DNA of 64,000 nucleotides from Octopus sinensis (GCF_006345805.1 NC_043008.1:19406001-19470000); one strand, 5' to 3'. Counted from the first letter of the stretch, positions 39,052-54,000 are shown. The notes: generated from the sequence alone by a model not told the origin. Made by a program: numbers and translations.

Positions 39052-39971
39052 TGCTGCATTTTATATGAACGCTTCTCTCAGCAAATAGATTAAATAGCGA
39101 ACCTTTGTGTCCGAAGAGAATTAAACTACCATGATAATCAGACACACATTATCAATGAATTACGAGCATTTTGGGCAAGAGTTTATGTAAATAGGAGTTA
39201 ATTCGCTTAGTAAGCTGAAATTTAAACAAACCACGAATAGACTATGTATATATATATTAGTGCATGGGAAGTTGTGTACAAAACGGTTCGTTAACATCAA
39301 TGTAAACAATTCCTGTCGCTTTCAAATTTTCGAATTTTATATAGAAAATAATATTTCACTTATTTCTTGCTGTAATCATAAACACGGGTGGACAAAAGCA
39401 AATCAGAGAGAAACACACACACACACACACACAAGCACTTACACATACACATAAGTTCAAATTCGTATGTCACATGTTAGGGTTTTCTGTACGGATTTTC
39501 AATAGAAATTAAAGCCACCACTGATTTGTTACAACAATGAGATCGATGATGGAAAAATAGGCTTATACAACCATTATCTACTTTTCCATCATCGATTGCA
39601 TTGTTATTTACATTAGACGTATTCGGATACGAAACGTCGTAACAAATCGGTGTTGGATTTCTATAGAAAATCAGTAGAGATAGCCTAAACGTGATTTAAT
39701 AGCACTGCTAACACAGTAGGACACAGTATTGACTTCCATAAACGTTTAATATGCTTTGTAGTATATTAAGTTTGCATAACGAAATACATTGACCATGCGA
39801 GTAAATAGATTCATGCATTTACTAATTTACTATTGATAGGGGAAAACCTAGAACACCATGCCATACTTTCTGCTGCATTTAGTCGTGGATTGGAGCAGAG
39901 TATCGCTGTTTATAATAAAGAGAGTCTCTTTAATAAAGAGAGTCTCTTTACTAATTAGTAAAGAGACTCTC

Positions 39972-40400
39972 ATTACTAATTAGATTACCCTCAACGGGTT
40001 GGCTCGCAAAATTGCGAACCTCCTCTGGGGTGTCAAACAGCAACCACACCGTTGCATAATTGACACCCCTAGAGATGTACTTAATGGTTAGCAGATGTTC
40101 CGCCAACTCCTGCTTAATCATCTGCTTTGAGAAGACAGCAATGGTGCTGAGAAACTTCGAATACGTTCTCAACACCACCGTCCTCTCCTCTTGCTGTCTG
40201 AGCCACTCCTTAGGTGGGACAACCTCCCACTCCACAATCTTATCCGTATTTTTGACACGTTTTAAATTAAAAAGTCCAAAACAATAGTTAACAAAAAATA
40301 AAAGAGAGAAATAAAAAGGAAACAAAAGGGAAGAAGAGAAAAAGCAAACAGTTCAATAAGAAAGTCACAATAGAAGACAACAGTTCAACAAAACATAGCA
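39972..40400 (-). mobile_element. Possible LINE ORF1 N-terminal (RRM-like) fragment
   Basis: DKIVEWEVVPPKEWLRQQEERTVVLRTYSKF...IKYISRGVNYATVWLLFDTPEEVRNFA; open frame, probable start mutated to ACG; family not confirmed. Confidence 0.35.
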
Positions 40401-42404
40401 AAAGATCTTCTGGGCATTCAGGTACTCCAAGCCCTATGGTACTTCGATTAGAACCTGCATTGCTCCACTTGAAATACAGCTTTCCAACTATTGGTAAACG
40501 CAGTTGTAAAAATATACACTATTTACAAACAGTGAACAACTTTTTGTTGAAGGATACTCCCCCAAACTGTACTTCTCACAATGAAAAAATTTTTCCCTTA
40601 GTGTGAACAATATCGCTGAACTGCAAGCAGACCAACATCCTGAACCCAGTAAGGAGTCTTTGTTTGTAAAAAATATAACCACAGACAAAAGTCTTACCTT
40701 GCAGCAGCTTCTTTTGGCAGGCTAAATACTGCCGGCTATTTTCTTCAGTGCACAACACAATGGCGCATATATACACTGATAAGAGACTCATGGGAAGTAG
40801 GATAGCAAGCTACTTACCACACAGCCATTCATGCGTCTATCCACACACCCACTCCTGCACCACCCCACCCAACATTTATATATTGGGGAGGGGCGTGATC
40901 ATCTGTCATTTCCTATTCATAATAACAAAATTTAGGCTTAACTAAATAATATTTTTTACGTAAAATTTTGACAGTTACGATAACATTTTAAAACGTCTGA
41001 AATTTTGTTTAAGAAGTCGCTTCAAATACTTTAGTTTGATTCAGGAATAAAATTCTTCATCTGCGTATAACGAGAAAAATAAAAAAGCAGTAAGATCTTT
41101 GCCAAAAAGATATAAGCAACAAAAACACAAAATAAAACTACCTGAAAAGCAGACAATATAAAATTAGAGTAACGTACATATACTTAAAAATCGATGTTGT
41201 TTTCTCATCTTACAATTGTCGTGGCGTATTATAGTCTAATCATGGTTGTATTTGTTTACTAGAAATTATACAAAGAAGTTTTAGTTCTGTTTTAAAATAG
41301 ATTGGGCTTTATATAATGTCCGAAACACTGCAAATGGTATTGCTATACAAACTACAAAATGCATTTTCCCCTTATATATATATTATGCATGTATGTATAC
41401 ATATATATATATATGTAGGTATACATACGTACATAATATATATATATATATTATGCATGTATGTATACATAAATATATGTATGTATACATACATACATAA
41501 TATATATATATATATATATAAACAACTAATCAATATGAGACTTAATTTATTAAATAAAGATCAAAAATTTCATTAAATAAATGAAATGAAGCAGCTTATA
41601 TGTTAAAATGGATTATGCCATATGCCCGTGGGCATATGTTGTGTTAACAACAAACAGGATGAGGACAAATATCCGTCAATCGTAAATAATGTAAATATTG
41701 GGAAATCCTACAGTTTGAAATTACTTTACGTAATCATTTATATATCTGATTGAACTTGCAAATGAATCTCCTTGCTTAGCTGAAACTATTCATTAAATGA
41801 CCAATAAAATATCATAGTAGTTAATATAAATATCCCCTGAAACATTTTTGACTCAAACTATTAATGAAGATCTTTTAAATTACTTGCAAAGTATTTATGG
41901 ATTTGTTGTCCCTTACATCTTTCACAACGCCTATGATCTTATATCTTCTAATTGTTCATGTATGCTAGTAATGACATAAGATTCCTTCACAACTAAGTTA
42001 CATATTAACCGACCTTGACGTTATATGTTTTAAATCTAAGCAATTAAAGACTCCGTTTTGTAGGGTTTAACTTTATTATATTTAAAGTTTCACATTGTCT
42101 TAGTAATCTTTTCTCTCTTGACAGCTTAGTATCTTCGGTTTCTGCATTAATATAAAAACCACTGATAAGTTCATCTCTAGAAATATTTTCTGTAGAATTG
42201 CGAGCCAGCACTGAAAGTTATGATATTTGGTGAACGAATACGATGCGATCGAAGATAGGAAAAATAGATAAACAGAGTATATGCATGTTTCAAGGATTAT
42301 TGTCCTTTCATCAGTACTGTGAGTAGTGATGCAGCCTGCTTTTATCATAAGCATTTTCATGACATTAATGCTCGTGTTTCTCATAGAGCAACGTACTGGA
42401 AGTA

Positions 42405-42843
42405 CAGTAATCCCTCGACTATCGCGGGTTTTACCATCCAAAAACCCCAGGGATAGGTGAAAATATGTGAAGTAGAAACAGTACTATATAAGTTCTTTGT
42501 ACTAATTATATAATTTGTATATATTTATTCTATTATAAATGCAAAGCACCACACAGTCGCCTCCCGACTTTCGTTTTCCATACAGTGTACACGATTCTTT
42601 GTTTACTCATCTACGGTACACTCCGTATTTTCTTTTGATATATTTTAATTGTGTTATACAATGCAGTACACAACTGTATTTTTATTTATTAATTATTGAT
42701 TTTTTAGTCGTGAAAATGCTTGTTTGACCACAGAAATAATTAAAATCTAAAAAAAAAAATTAAATATATTTATCGGCTGTAGAAACCCGCGATATACTGA
42801 GGAGTCCGCGATAGGTTAACCGCGATATGGCGAGTAATTACTG
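42405..42843. mobile_element. Tigger/pogo-like non-autonomous DNA transposon (MITE)
   Basis: TIRs CAGTAATCCCTCGACTATCGCGG / CCGCGATATGGCGAGTAATTACTG; TA on the left side. Confidence 0.8.
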
Positions 42844-43009
42844 CGTTCATAACTTATAACACGTATACAGAGATTCGCGTGGATCGAAGATACCTACGAT
42901 AATGTAAATAATTCTAGTGGTAGTGCATCAGTTTGGTAACAACTTCTGACTGAAACAACTAAAAACATAAATTTTCATATATCTTTTATTTTAATTTCTG
43001 GCCTAATGT

Positions 43010-43228
43010 AAGGGCCGATTTCCTGGTTTCAGTGGCGTGGAAATTCCCCACCTGGACGGGATGCCGGTCCGTCGCAGTATTACTCATTTTTGCCAGCTGA
43101 GTGGACTGGAGCAACGTGAAATGAAGTGTTTTGCTCAAGAACACAACGCATCGCCCGGTCCAGTAATCGAAACCGCAACATTACGATCATGAATTCAACA
43201 CCCTAACCACTAAGTCACACGCCTCCAC
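43010..43228 (-). mobile_element. SINE group C (head, body X, tail 2-like)
   Basis: ggaggcgtgtgacttagtggttaggg...cttgagcaaaacacttcatttcacgttgctccagtccactcagctggcaaaaatgagtaatactgcgacggaccggc. Confidence 0.85.
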
Positions 43229-44121
43229 CCATTGCAATAAACAGGTGGTAAAATAAGTATCGTGACTTTTACCATTCTTTAACGAAACAAAGCAGAGCAA
43301 ATAACTACGACGCGGAATCGAACCCGTATAGAGGTTCCTCACATCGGAGAATCACTATCTATAGTACAGCATTCAGTGCTGACATCACCAATATTCTGAG
43401 AATAGTTCAGTCTAATGCATATAATCGCTACACGAATGTCAGCTTATTTCCTAATCAAAACGACACAGCGAATTAGTATCAGAATAAAGGTAAACTACAG
43501 CTTAACTTGCAATCACCGGATATGAATGATGTATCAGATAGTATTTAGTTAGAAGCTGTTAGGTCATTAACCGGATGTTTTAGAGAGAACGTTCATTGTG
43601 ATTGGCGTATACTGCAATACGAAAGAACCATTCTAAACCATTCTAAATCATTCTAGAAGAACTAAGGTTAAAAGGCAATTTAACAACGATTTCCAACATC
43701 GAAATGTTTCTGTGAATATAAAACTACCATTCTGAGCTGGAACAGTCGTACAAAATATGAAATGGTATTTTAATTGTTGACTGAATTTTATTATTGTGTA
43801 CGCACCCCCCAGCCCCCACACCCCACATACACATTTATACATATATAGATGACTTCGTATATTTATGTTTTTTCCTTTATAAACACATGAATCTTAAATT
43901 ATTGCAACGGACAGCAGGTGCTACGATTTCTATGCTTACGTCAAATAGTAGCGTTAATGTGATTTATAACAAGAAACCAACTTGGATATGAATATGAAAA
44001 ATTTTGTCGGTATATAGAGGAAATTTAGCAAAATAAAAGAAGCAATTTGACAAATTTTTGTGCATTTATGTTTACAATCGAGAACCCGCCCACCCACACA
44101 CATACCGAGACACACGCTCGT

Positions 44122-44169
<48 letters not shown>

Positions 44170-45589
44170 TTACAGAATCTTGCTTATTAATTTTAATGAA
44201 TTTAGTTCTGAGACTTTTTAATTTTGTTTTGACGTTAATTGAGGTAATAATTTTGTATAGTGAACAATAAATTTAAATCATTATGAACCATAGCCAACTA
44301 ATTAATTCTGAAAATTATAACTATGATTTAGTAGAAATAAAATTACCATTAGTGGTGTTTTCATAAAATAAACAACCGTTGTTAATGTAATATAAATTCG
44401 GAGATGAATTCGCTGAATTAATAATGTAAAGGAGCGGCTAAATTAAATGAAGATGTAAGAAATGAAAACAAAAATATTGATTTGTTGGATATACAAGTAA
44501 AAGTACTATATCAACTACAAACACCTCCCGCGTTGCAACTACCTCAGGTTACGGAATTTCACGCTTACAGAAATTGTAAAGTATGATCACTAATTTCAGG
44601 AAATGGAATGAAATACTATTCTTACGGAAACTCGGTTACATTTGAACTATTTAAAAGCTACACGCCTTTCATAGTCTAAACGTGTCTTGGGGTCTTTTTC
44701 TTTTGACGTTTTGTTAACAGTTTAACCATTTGAAAATCAATGATCACAGGCTTGAAACTGTAATGATTTTTAGAACGATAACTGACGAAGAAAGAGTTAT
44801 CCATGTCTTGTGTGAGAATTTTTCCTTTGTTCCTTTGTCGTGCCTTAAAAGAGATATTTAATTGTAATGCCACGCACCCATCTTCTCAGTCTCAACCTAT
44901 ATGTATATATATATATATGTGCATCGTGATTTTTCTACATATTTTCTTATCATTCGCTATTTTGGGTCATAGCATTAAGACCTGTATGTTTTCCTCTGTC
45001 TGTAGCTATCATGAAGTACAAACGTCCAAAGTGTTAGGTTTCTTTTTCTATTCGTTGCTTAACATTTGTTCCTTATTCTATTCGTTGTTTAACATTTGTT
45101 CCTTATTCTGGAAAATTTGTCTTTACTTTGCGATTGAACAACACGTTTCTTCCCCTATTCTTCATTTCAACTGTAGGCAGCCTATCAGATAATATCCTAT
45201 TTATAATTAACCAGCGGACAGAATATTTAAATGACATCTGCTTGAAGTATAGTGTGTAGCGTATAAAAATAATCGTTAATAGATATTTTGTCGAAGTCAC
45301 CCTAGGTCCAGCAAACATTTAATGAAAGACAATCCCGCAATTACTACCCAATCTACTTAATCATAAAATATATAGAACTACCTTTTCTCAAGTTAATGTC
45401 CTTCCGTATTCTAAGATAGTAGAAGTGAACTGAGGGGCGTTCAGTTGTTACTTCGAGCAATCATATCCAAGGCTCATTATTCGGTCACTAGAAAGAGTCA
45501 AGCATAAATATCTCATAAAAGAATTACGCTTTAAAATCTAGTCCGTACACATATATACTTACAAAAATGTATAATACATATGTGGATAG

Positions 45590-45895
45590 TAGAAGTAGCA
45601 GCGGACTTGCGGTCGAGGGATCACGGGTTCGAATCTCAGACCGGCCGGTGTGTGTGAGTATGTGTGTGTGTTTAGGAGCAAAACACCTAAGCTCCACACG
45701 GCTCCGGCAGAAGGTAATAGCGAACTTCTGCTGACTCTTTTGCCAAACCTTTCTCTCACTCTTTCCTTCTGCATTTAGCAGCTCACCTGTGACGGACCGG
45801 CCACCCGTCCAGGTGGGGATCCTATACGCCAATGAAACTGGGAAACTAGCCCTTATGAGCCAGGTATGACTCGAGAAGAAACACACAAAAGACAA
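45590..45895 (+). mobile_element. SINE group C (head, body Y, tail 2)
   Basis: gggttcgaatctcagaccgg...aaaacacctaagctccacacggctccggcag...tatgagccagg. Confidence 0.8.
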
Positions 45896-46341
45896 AAGAA
45901 GAAGATATGGTAACGCTTTCAACTATATACAGTACTATTAAGTGCACTGTATCGTTTATTAATAAATGTTCACGGGACTTATATAAGAGATTCCTAAAAC
46001 CAAACGTGTCATAGAAACGCTGTAAATAGACACTTATTGTTGAAAAATAAATTGACGCGAACGTAATACTGCACGAACACATACACATACATACATGTTC
46101 ATATACATATATCTAAATATGTATATCTATACACATATATGTGTGTGCGTACGTGTGTATGTGTGTATGTATGTGTGTGTGTGTGAAGAAGTCAAGGTTC
46201 AGTGAAGCTTCAAAGGAGCACAATTTTCCTTGTAGAAATAGATACGATACTTTAATTAAACCTGTTCAATGATTCTGCAGTGATATTTGACCGTTTTAGT
46301 ACAGAACAATACATCAAAACAATTATATGTATGTACGTATG

Positions 46342-46383
<42 letters not shown>

Positions 46384-47780
46384 ATATATATAAATGTGTG
46401 TGTCTGTATCTCACTCCGAGATTTAATATTGTTTATATATATATATATATATTATTGTTTATATATATATATATAGACGTATATTTCTTTGTATTGATGT
46501 GTGTTTGTAATGTGTGTATGTAACGTGTGTATGCTTGTGTTCAGTCCACGGCTGGACGAAGGTCTCACCATTGTCACCCACCAACCACGGTCTGACATTT
46601 CCCTCATCCATTTTTGGGTGCCGAGGAATTTAATAAAATCTTCATTTCAACTGGTGCACACAAATATGTGTTTGTCTGTTTGTGTGTGACTGAGTGAGCG
46701 TACGCGTGTGTGTATGTGTGTGTGTTTGTGTGCGTGCGTGTGTATGTGTGTATGTGTGTGTGTGTGTGAAGAAGTCAAGGACTGGTGAAGCTTCAAAGGC
46801 GCTCAGTTTTTCTTGTAGAAATAGATATGATACTTTAATTAAATCTGTTCAAACATACTCAAACATAAATGATATAAAATACGTGAAGTAGAGGACATCA
46901 CCATCGAGCGAAAAATACGTAAACACACGGGAGCTAAGAACAAAACGAAATGTCCTGTACTTGCTGTATTTTATATTTATTTAATTATAATCGAAAGCCA
47001 CGTGACCTTGTCCACAGTAATTTTTTACTTTTATTTATAATTTCTGCCACTCTACTCTCTGTTCCCTTTTTTCTTTCTTTCTTTCTTTTCTTTCTTTCTT
47101 TCTTTCTTTCTTTCTCTCTATCCCTCTGTAATTCTCTTTATTTTCCATTTTCTCCCTCCTTCTTTGCTGTCTCCGGGCTATCTTTTTTCCCACTCTATAC
47201 TATCTTTTGTTCCTCTCCCTTCTACTCACTCCCTTTGTTTCTTTTCCCCATCCTCTCTCTTGTCCCCTTTCTACTGTTTGCTTCCACGTGACTACAGGCC
47301 ATTTCTCTCAGCTCTTTTTGGACGCGACGTCTATTTAGCTGGACGTCATTTTCCTCGTATTTTTATAATATTTTTTATTCATATTCTTATTTTTCTATTT
47401 AATATGACTTATAATATGTACTTTTAGCTTTGATTCGTTAATAATAATAACAATAAGACAAATAGCCCGAGGATGCACTGGTGAATTTATGTATTAGGTA
47501 TAGCCTTTATAAACACCCCGCCAGCACAGAAACATGTGTAGTGTTGATTAAAAATATATTTTTCCCCACAAACTTATAACCGGTAGGTTATACAGTTTTT
47601 TTCTAATATTTTTTCAAATAATTTAATCTATTTTATAGTAGGTTTATAAATGTTTATATTATTTTATTGGATATAACTTTCTATGTGTATTCCATACAAT
47701 AAAGTTATCCTGAAATAGGACTTGCAGTTCTATTGGTAAAATCCCAAATTTGTAATAATATATATATATATATATATATA

Positions 47781-48500
47781 TAGTAGACATCTGTCGGTCT
47801 CGAGAGGCCATGAGTCTGTGCCCAAAGAAATCGTGTCAGCTGCTGATGGTGGTACAGCGTATGTTGTAGCTGTATATGCTCACATGGGAGCGACAGTCAT
47901 GCGTACAGCGACTGCATTTGAAGGTGCTCTCTGCCGGTGCTACTGATTTTTCTTTCCGTCGAGTGCGCTTGTCTTTGATGGCGTGTTCCTGTTTTTCTTC
48001 CGCTCTCTTCATTCCCTTTCGTAGTATTTTCTCCTGTGTGGGCAATCATTTGCAACCTCCTCCCATTTCAGAACGTCCAGATCAAACGACTTCCCATCCC
48101 TCTTAAAGATGTCTTTGAAACGAAGATGAGGTTGTCCTCGTGCTCTTGTGCCGGTGGCCAGTTCCCTATACAGGAGGTATTTTGGGATCTTTACGTCTGG
48201 CATGCGATAAATATGACCGAGCCAGCGCAAAAGACGCTCCTGGAGCAAGATGTGTATGATGTGTATCTTGACTCGGTTGATGACTTCGGTGTTGTTGATG
48301 TGGTCAGTCCACTTGATGTCCAAATGCGTCTCAAATTACGAAGTTAAAGACGTTGAAATGCCGCTTCTGTCTAGAGTAGAAGCTCCACGTATCACTGCAG
48401 TAAAAGAGCGTGCTAAGGACGCACGCATTATAGACAGTAATTCTGGTGTTTACCGAATCTGGAACTTAACTATGGTCTGTCTATAGCACTTATTCAGCAT
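47781..48500 (-). mobile_element. RTE-clade LINE 3-prime end, frameshifted
   Basis: VYNACVLSTLFYCSDTW; DIKWTDHINNTEV...LRWLGHIYRMPDVKIPKYLLYRELATGTRARGQPHLRFKD; C-terminal FKCSRC..CRSH; ends at (TA)n. Confidence 0.9.
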
Positions 48501-48537
48501 TACCTGACACATTTGGGTCTTAATGACACTATTATCT

Positions 48538-48572
<35 letters not shown>

Positions 48573-49274
48573 CTAGGTATTTTGCTTGTTGCAAATCACT
48601 GACCGATGGTCACTTTGTTTACAATATATCGCTGACACAAGCAGATCTTAGCTACACTTCACTGGGCAGGTGCGCACAGCTGATGTGAGCCACATAGCTC
48701 CAAACCGGCCGGTTTCCCTATCCTGTAAACCGTTGGAAGGCAGTATGGTTTCGCTCCGCCTGCTAGCGATGTATTTTACATAAAAGGGTGCAGAGCTTGC
48801 ATTGAAAACCAGTTGGCGGAGAATCCGACTGGGGTTAAACTGGTAGTAACAATTCATCTGCCACTTTAATGTGGCCAATCGTTTTACTATATATATATAT
48901 ATATAATATATATATATATATCTAAATGTGAAATAGCTTGCTTACAAGAAACGCACGTTTGTGAGTCCTAGTAGTGATTTATACAACCAATAACTTGCTC
49001 CAATTCTCAAAATATTTATTCTGTAACCCATTTCTTTTAGCATCATTTTCACACTTGGTGTATATTTAAGTCCACATTTTGACACATAAATAAAAAGTGC
49101 CTTGAATTCTGTAAATTACTTGCAGAAGACGACTAACAATCTGTGAAAATAGGTCAAATTGGTTCTGACGTTCGCTGAAGTGATGACAGTTCTTTTTTTG
49201 AAAATCATGAGTATTTATAAAATACACAGCTCCGTCATTTATAGTACAAAATAAACAAGGATTGAGTTACATAT

Positions 49275-49503
49275 TTCTTTACTACCCACAAGGGGCTAAA
49301 CACAGAGGGGACAAACAAGGACAGACAAACGGATTAAGTCGATTACATCGACCCCAGTGCTTAACTGGTACTTAATTTATCGACCCTGAAAGGATGAAAG
49401 GCAAAGTCGATCTCGGCGGAATTTGAACTCAGAACGTAACGGCAGACGAAATACGGCTACGCATTTCGCCCGGCGTGCTAACGTTTCTGCCAGCTCGCCG
49501 CCT
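49275..49503 (-). mobile_element. SINE group A monomer with 23-bp TSD
   Basis: taaacaaggattgagttacatat 49252-49274 / taaacaaggattgaattacatat 49504-49526. Confidence 0.93.
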
Positions 49504-49552
49504 TAAACAAGGATTGAATTACATATAGCATGCAATATGGACTATACAAAGG

Positions 49553-49870
49553 ACGTGGATGCACGTGGCTTAATGGTTAGGTTGTTGGACTCATAATCGT
49601 AAGATTCTGGTTTCGATTCCTGGACCGGGCGGCGCTTTGTGTTCTGGAGCAAAAACTTCATTTCATGTTGCTCCAGTCCACTCAGCTGGCAGAAATGTAA
49701 CTATACAAAGGGCGGCGAGCTAGGGCGATTGTGAGCACGTTGAGTAAAATGTTTAGCGGTATTCGTCCGTCTTTACTCTCTGAGTTCAAATTCTGCCGAA
49801 GTCGACTTTGCCTTTCATCCTTTCGTAGTCGATAAAATAAGTACCAGTTAAACACTGGAGTCGATGTAAA
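49553..49870 (+). mobile_element. Adjacent partial SINE group C and group A copies
   Basis: Group C head and body X to about 49700, then group A ggcggcgagctagg to about 49870. Confidence 0.75.
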
Positions 49871-50338
49871 TCTTTTTACTTCCGACATAGGTTTCAAAGA
49901 AAACATTGGTATTATTCCAGAAGGAAAAAAATGGCGTCAGACAATACAATCTTCTCATCAGGAAAAAAAAAGAAACCAACAGCATCAATAAGACATTTTA
50001 ATAGAATGTAATGACTGCGTATATGATGAAGGGAACGCTAGCAAGTTTTTGTTTTATTAAAAATATCCGTTATTAGATATAACAAAGGTAGATTATAGAA
50101 GGAGGAGGAGGAGAAAGAATAAAAATTAGCAGAAAACTAATAGCGGAGAGATATAGAGCGATGGGTGAATAGGAATAAAGCTTAAAGGCCTGGAAGTAGA
50201 TATATTTAGTGGAAGTGAAATGCAAGAAGACAGTCAAAGATCGAATTTTATAGAATGGTAGAAATCACTTATAAGAACAAAAGGTATGTTTTTGCCAATG
50301 TTTGCAACGGTAAACGTTCTATAAACGTGTTTACAAGA

Positions 50339-50520
50339 GCGCTAGCCACTACACATACTTTTCTCTCTTTGTTTCTTTCTGTGTCCCTTTCTGTGTAAGT
50401 GCGAAGGCTCGAAACGTTAAAGACTTTTTCACTTCCGAGCGTGCGTTATACTAATACATCTATTTGCTGTCTACACCACCTGTCTTTGTCTTTTGTTTTA
50501 TTTTTGTGAATTCTCCCTAT
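50339..50520 (+). mobile_element. PLE pLTR with degenerate HHR (50386-50424)
   Basis: Same family as 58415-58600 (minus) and 63127-63303; ccttt-ctgtgta-agtgcgaaggctc-gaa-acgt-t-aaaga. Confidence 0.65.
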
Positions 50521-50522
50521 AC

Positions 50523-50577
<55 letters not shown>

Positions 50578-50773
50578 TTAAATTAGAGATAAAACCACTA
50601 TTAGGCAAATCAAAAAGTGAAAAACATAAACCAAAACATAGAAATAAAATTTATATTTTTCATTGTTTGATTTGCCCAATAGTGATTTTATCTCTAATTT
50701 AATTTATATTTATACTGTTAAATTAGATTTAATCCTAAATCTAATATTTCCCTGTAAGTTTGGATTTACTCCC

Positions 50774-50816
<43 letters not shown>

Positions 50817-50999
50817 CACAGAATCTCCAGTTACTAGAAGACATATGAAAGTTCTGTAATTTCTCGCTGACCAACCACACAGATGATTTGTTTGTAGTGA
50901 GCAAATGTGTTTTATTCACATAAGCTAACTCCCTCGATCAAATCAATGTTACCTGGTACAGATAGCCACAAGTCAGATGACGAAATGATCGCGAACAAC

Positions 51000-51115
51000 G
51001 AAAACGAAGAATGAAGTGTCTTGCTCAAGAGCAACGCTGCGTTAGGTCTGGGAATCGAAACCACAATCTCGCAATCGTGAGTGCAACACCCCAACCACAA
51101 AGCCACGCGCCTTCA
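51000..51115 (-). mobile_element. SINE group C head and partial body
   Basis: gaaggcgcgtggctttgtggttgggg...ggtttcgattcccagacc...ctcttgagcaagacacttc. Confidence 0.75.
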
Positions 51116-51163
51116 CTGCATATGAATGCATGTGTAATCAGTGGTATCCTTTAGTGGTATCCT

Positions 51164-51396
51164 CAAGGCGGCGAGCTGGCTGTAACGTTAGTACGCCGGG
51201 CGAAATGCTTAGCGGTATTTCGTCTGCGTTACGTTGTGAGTTCAAATTCCGCCGAGGTCGACTTTGCCTTTCATCCTTTCGGGGTCGATAAATTAAGTAC
51301 CAGTTACGCACTGGGGTCGATGTAATCGACTTAATACCTATGTCTGTCCTTGTTTGTCCGCTCTGTGTTTAGCCCCTTGTGGGTAATAAAGAAATA
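51164..51396 (+). mobile_element. SINE group A monomer with 14-bp TSD
   Basis: ggtatcctttagtg at 51143-51156 and 51397-51410. Confidence 0.9.
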
Positions 51397-51924
51397 GGTA
51401 TCCTTTAGTGTAGTGAATTTTGCGATATATTTCAGACACGATTTTCAAAACGACTTTCACTTCTTTATTCGTATTGCATTTTAAACAATATTATCCATGT
51501 AGATTTAGACGAAACTGTCATAAGCATGTGTCACATAATATTTGAATATTGACACCAAACAATTATTGGTATTTCACGTGAATTCAGTGATACGAACGTT
51601 TCACGTGGTGTAACAAGTTGTTACGCAGATATCTAAATCTCTTCACTCATATATTTTGATGTGATTGTAGTGAATGGATATCTGCATAACATGTTGAGTA
51701 CCCGATTGATACGCATAAACGTATGCGTCATTAAATGCCTACAGAATAATGAGTTTGTGTGATATATATATATATATACTTACAAACATTTTTACTACAG
51801 AAACTAGTAATTATTTAGTTTTATTCAGTTGTTATTGTTAAACTCGAGTATTGATTCACAGTTTTACAGCAGAAATCCAGTTGTGATTATCTCTCGGTAA
51901 ATCCACAATCTCACTTTCCACCTG

Positions 51925-52106
<182 letters not shown>

Positions 52107-52250
52107 CGATTAATCGATCCATCAATCAATTATTCAACCAATCTATCTATATATATATACCTATGTCCATACGTACGTGCCTACCTACCTATCTGTCTGT
52201 CCGTCTCTCTGTATTTTTATCTATCTGTTTGTCTGTCTGCCTGTCTCTCC

Positions 52251-52307
<57 letters not shown>

Positions 52308-52983
52308 ATATATGAGTATGTGTGCGTGTATATAAATACATACCTGGATGGATAGAGGATTAGATAGACAGATAGATACATAGATACATAAATACATACA
52401 TACTTAAATACATACATATTAGATATATACAATTTGTGAGTTGATATTCAAAATGAGATATCAGTGCAGATTTGAGATATATTTGCCAGGAAATAATATA
52501 ACGTAATGTGATCCTAAGAATATTTGAGGCGACAAATATTCATAAATACAAATGTAATGTCTTTATAAGAATCCGTTTCCATTGCAACTGCAACATATTG
52601 TTGGAAATCTTATGCCAAGAACACATGTATTATTCATTTGAAAAGCTGGAAAATATTTTATCTTTATATTCTTTACAGAATACATTGAAAAGCAATAATA
52701 ACATATCTCCGTGATACTAACTCAACATTTTTAACACAAAAGTAAATTTATATCTGGAAGATATGTGCGAATTACGAACTGAAGTGTGGAATCATTCTCC
52801 TTTAAGAACTTGATCAGTTGGTGAGAAATATGTTTATTTTAGAAAAAAACAATTCCATTATCAAATAACGTTACTCAGCTTATAGGAGCAGGTATGGCTG
52901 TGTGATCAAGAAGCTTGCTTTACAACTATGTGGTGTCGAGTTCAGGGTTCAGCTCCAATGCACAGCACCTTGAGGAAATGCTA

Positions 52984-53963
52984 TATATCCGTTTTGTGTG
53001 TGTGTGTGTGTGTGTGTATTCTAGGTTATCGGGCATCCTCCATCCGATTGGGCTCAAATTTGATTTGTAGATACCTATTTCTTTACTACCCACAAGGGGC
53101 TAAACACAGAGAGGACAAACAAGGACAGACAAACGGATTAAGTCGATTATATCGACCCCAGTGAGTAACTGGTACTTAATTTATCGACCCCGAAAAGATG
53201 AAAGGCAAAGTCGACCTCGGCGAAGTTTGAACTCAGAACGCAACGGCAGACGAAATACCTATTTCTTTACTACCCACAAGGGGCTAAACTCAGAGAGAAC
53301 AAACAAGGACAGACAAACGGATTAAGTCGATTACATTGACCCCAGCGCGTAACTGGTACTTAATTTATCGACCCCGAAAAGATGAAAGGCAAAGTCGACC
53401 TCGGTGGAATTTGAACTCAGAACGTAACGGCAGACGAAATACCGCTAAGCATTTCGCCCGGCATGCTAATGATTCTGCCAGCTCTCCGACTTTTGATTTG
53501 TAAATACTGACGGTATCAGCGAATGTATAAATCTTGAAAAAAATACAAAATCGATTCCAGGTGAGAATGCGATCGATAAAGTCCTTTTTGTCCTGCTTTT
53601 CTTCCGTCAACCGGTACATAACTGCACCTTCCAATTTTTGTTGTTTTTGTACTGCTTAAAGGCACTTTCCTTTCCTGCCAAGCTTACTGTTTAAACCATG
53701 TTTGTATTTTCCCAGTCAACAGCCTTATCATTACTGGTACTTTAAACTCTTCGGTTGCATATTTGTGTGAATAAAATGTTTTTTCTTTGAAATAGAAAAA
53801 AGTCTATCTTTATTTCTTCTTTTGCTGGTGTCTCAAATTTAGGTTAAATCGGTGTTTCTCACAGGGGAGGCCTATGGGACGGTCGGACAAGTTGTTTTGA
53901 GAAAATTTGGTTTAAATGTTTGACAACTGAGCACCGTCCATTGGACGTGGGGCGTTTGGCTCG

Positions 53964-53964
<1 letters not shown>
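52984..53964 (+). mobile_element. Second copy of the DINE-1-like element, interrupted by a SINE A dimer
   Basis: Colinear with 30368-30913 once 53075-53507 is removed. Confidence 0.7.
53075..53491 (-). mobile_element. SINE group A, head plus 2 units, 16-bp TSD
   Basis: tttgatttgtagatac 53059-53074 / tttgatttgtaaatac 53492-53507. Confidence 0.93.
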
Positions 53965-54000
<36 letters not shown>

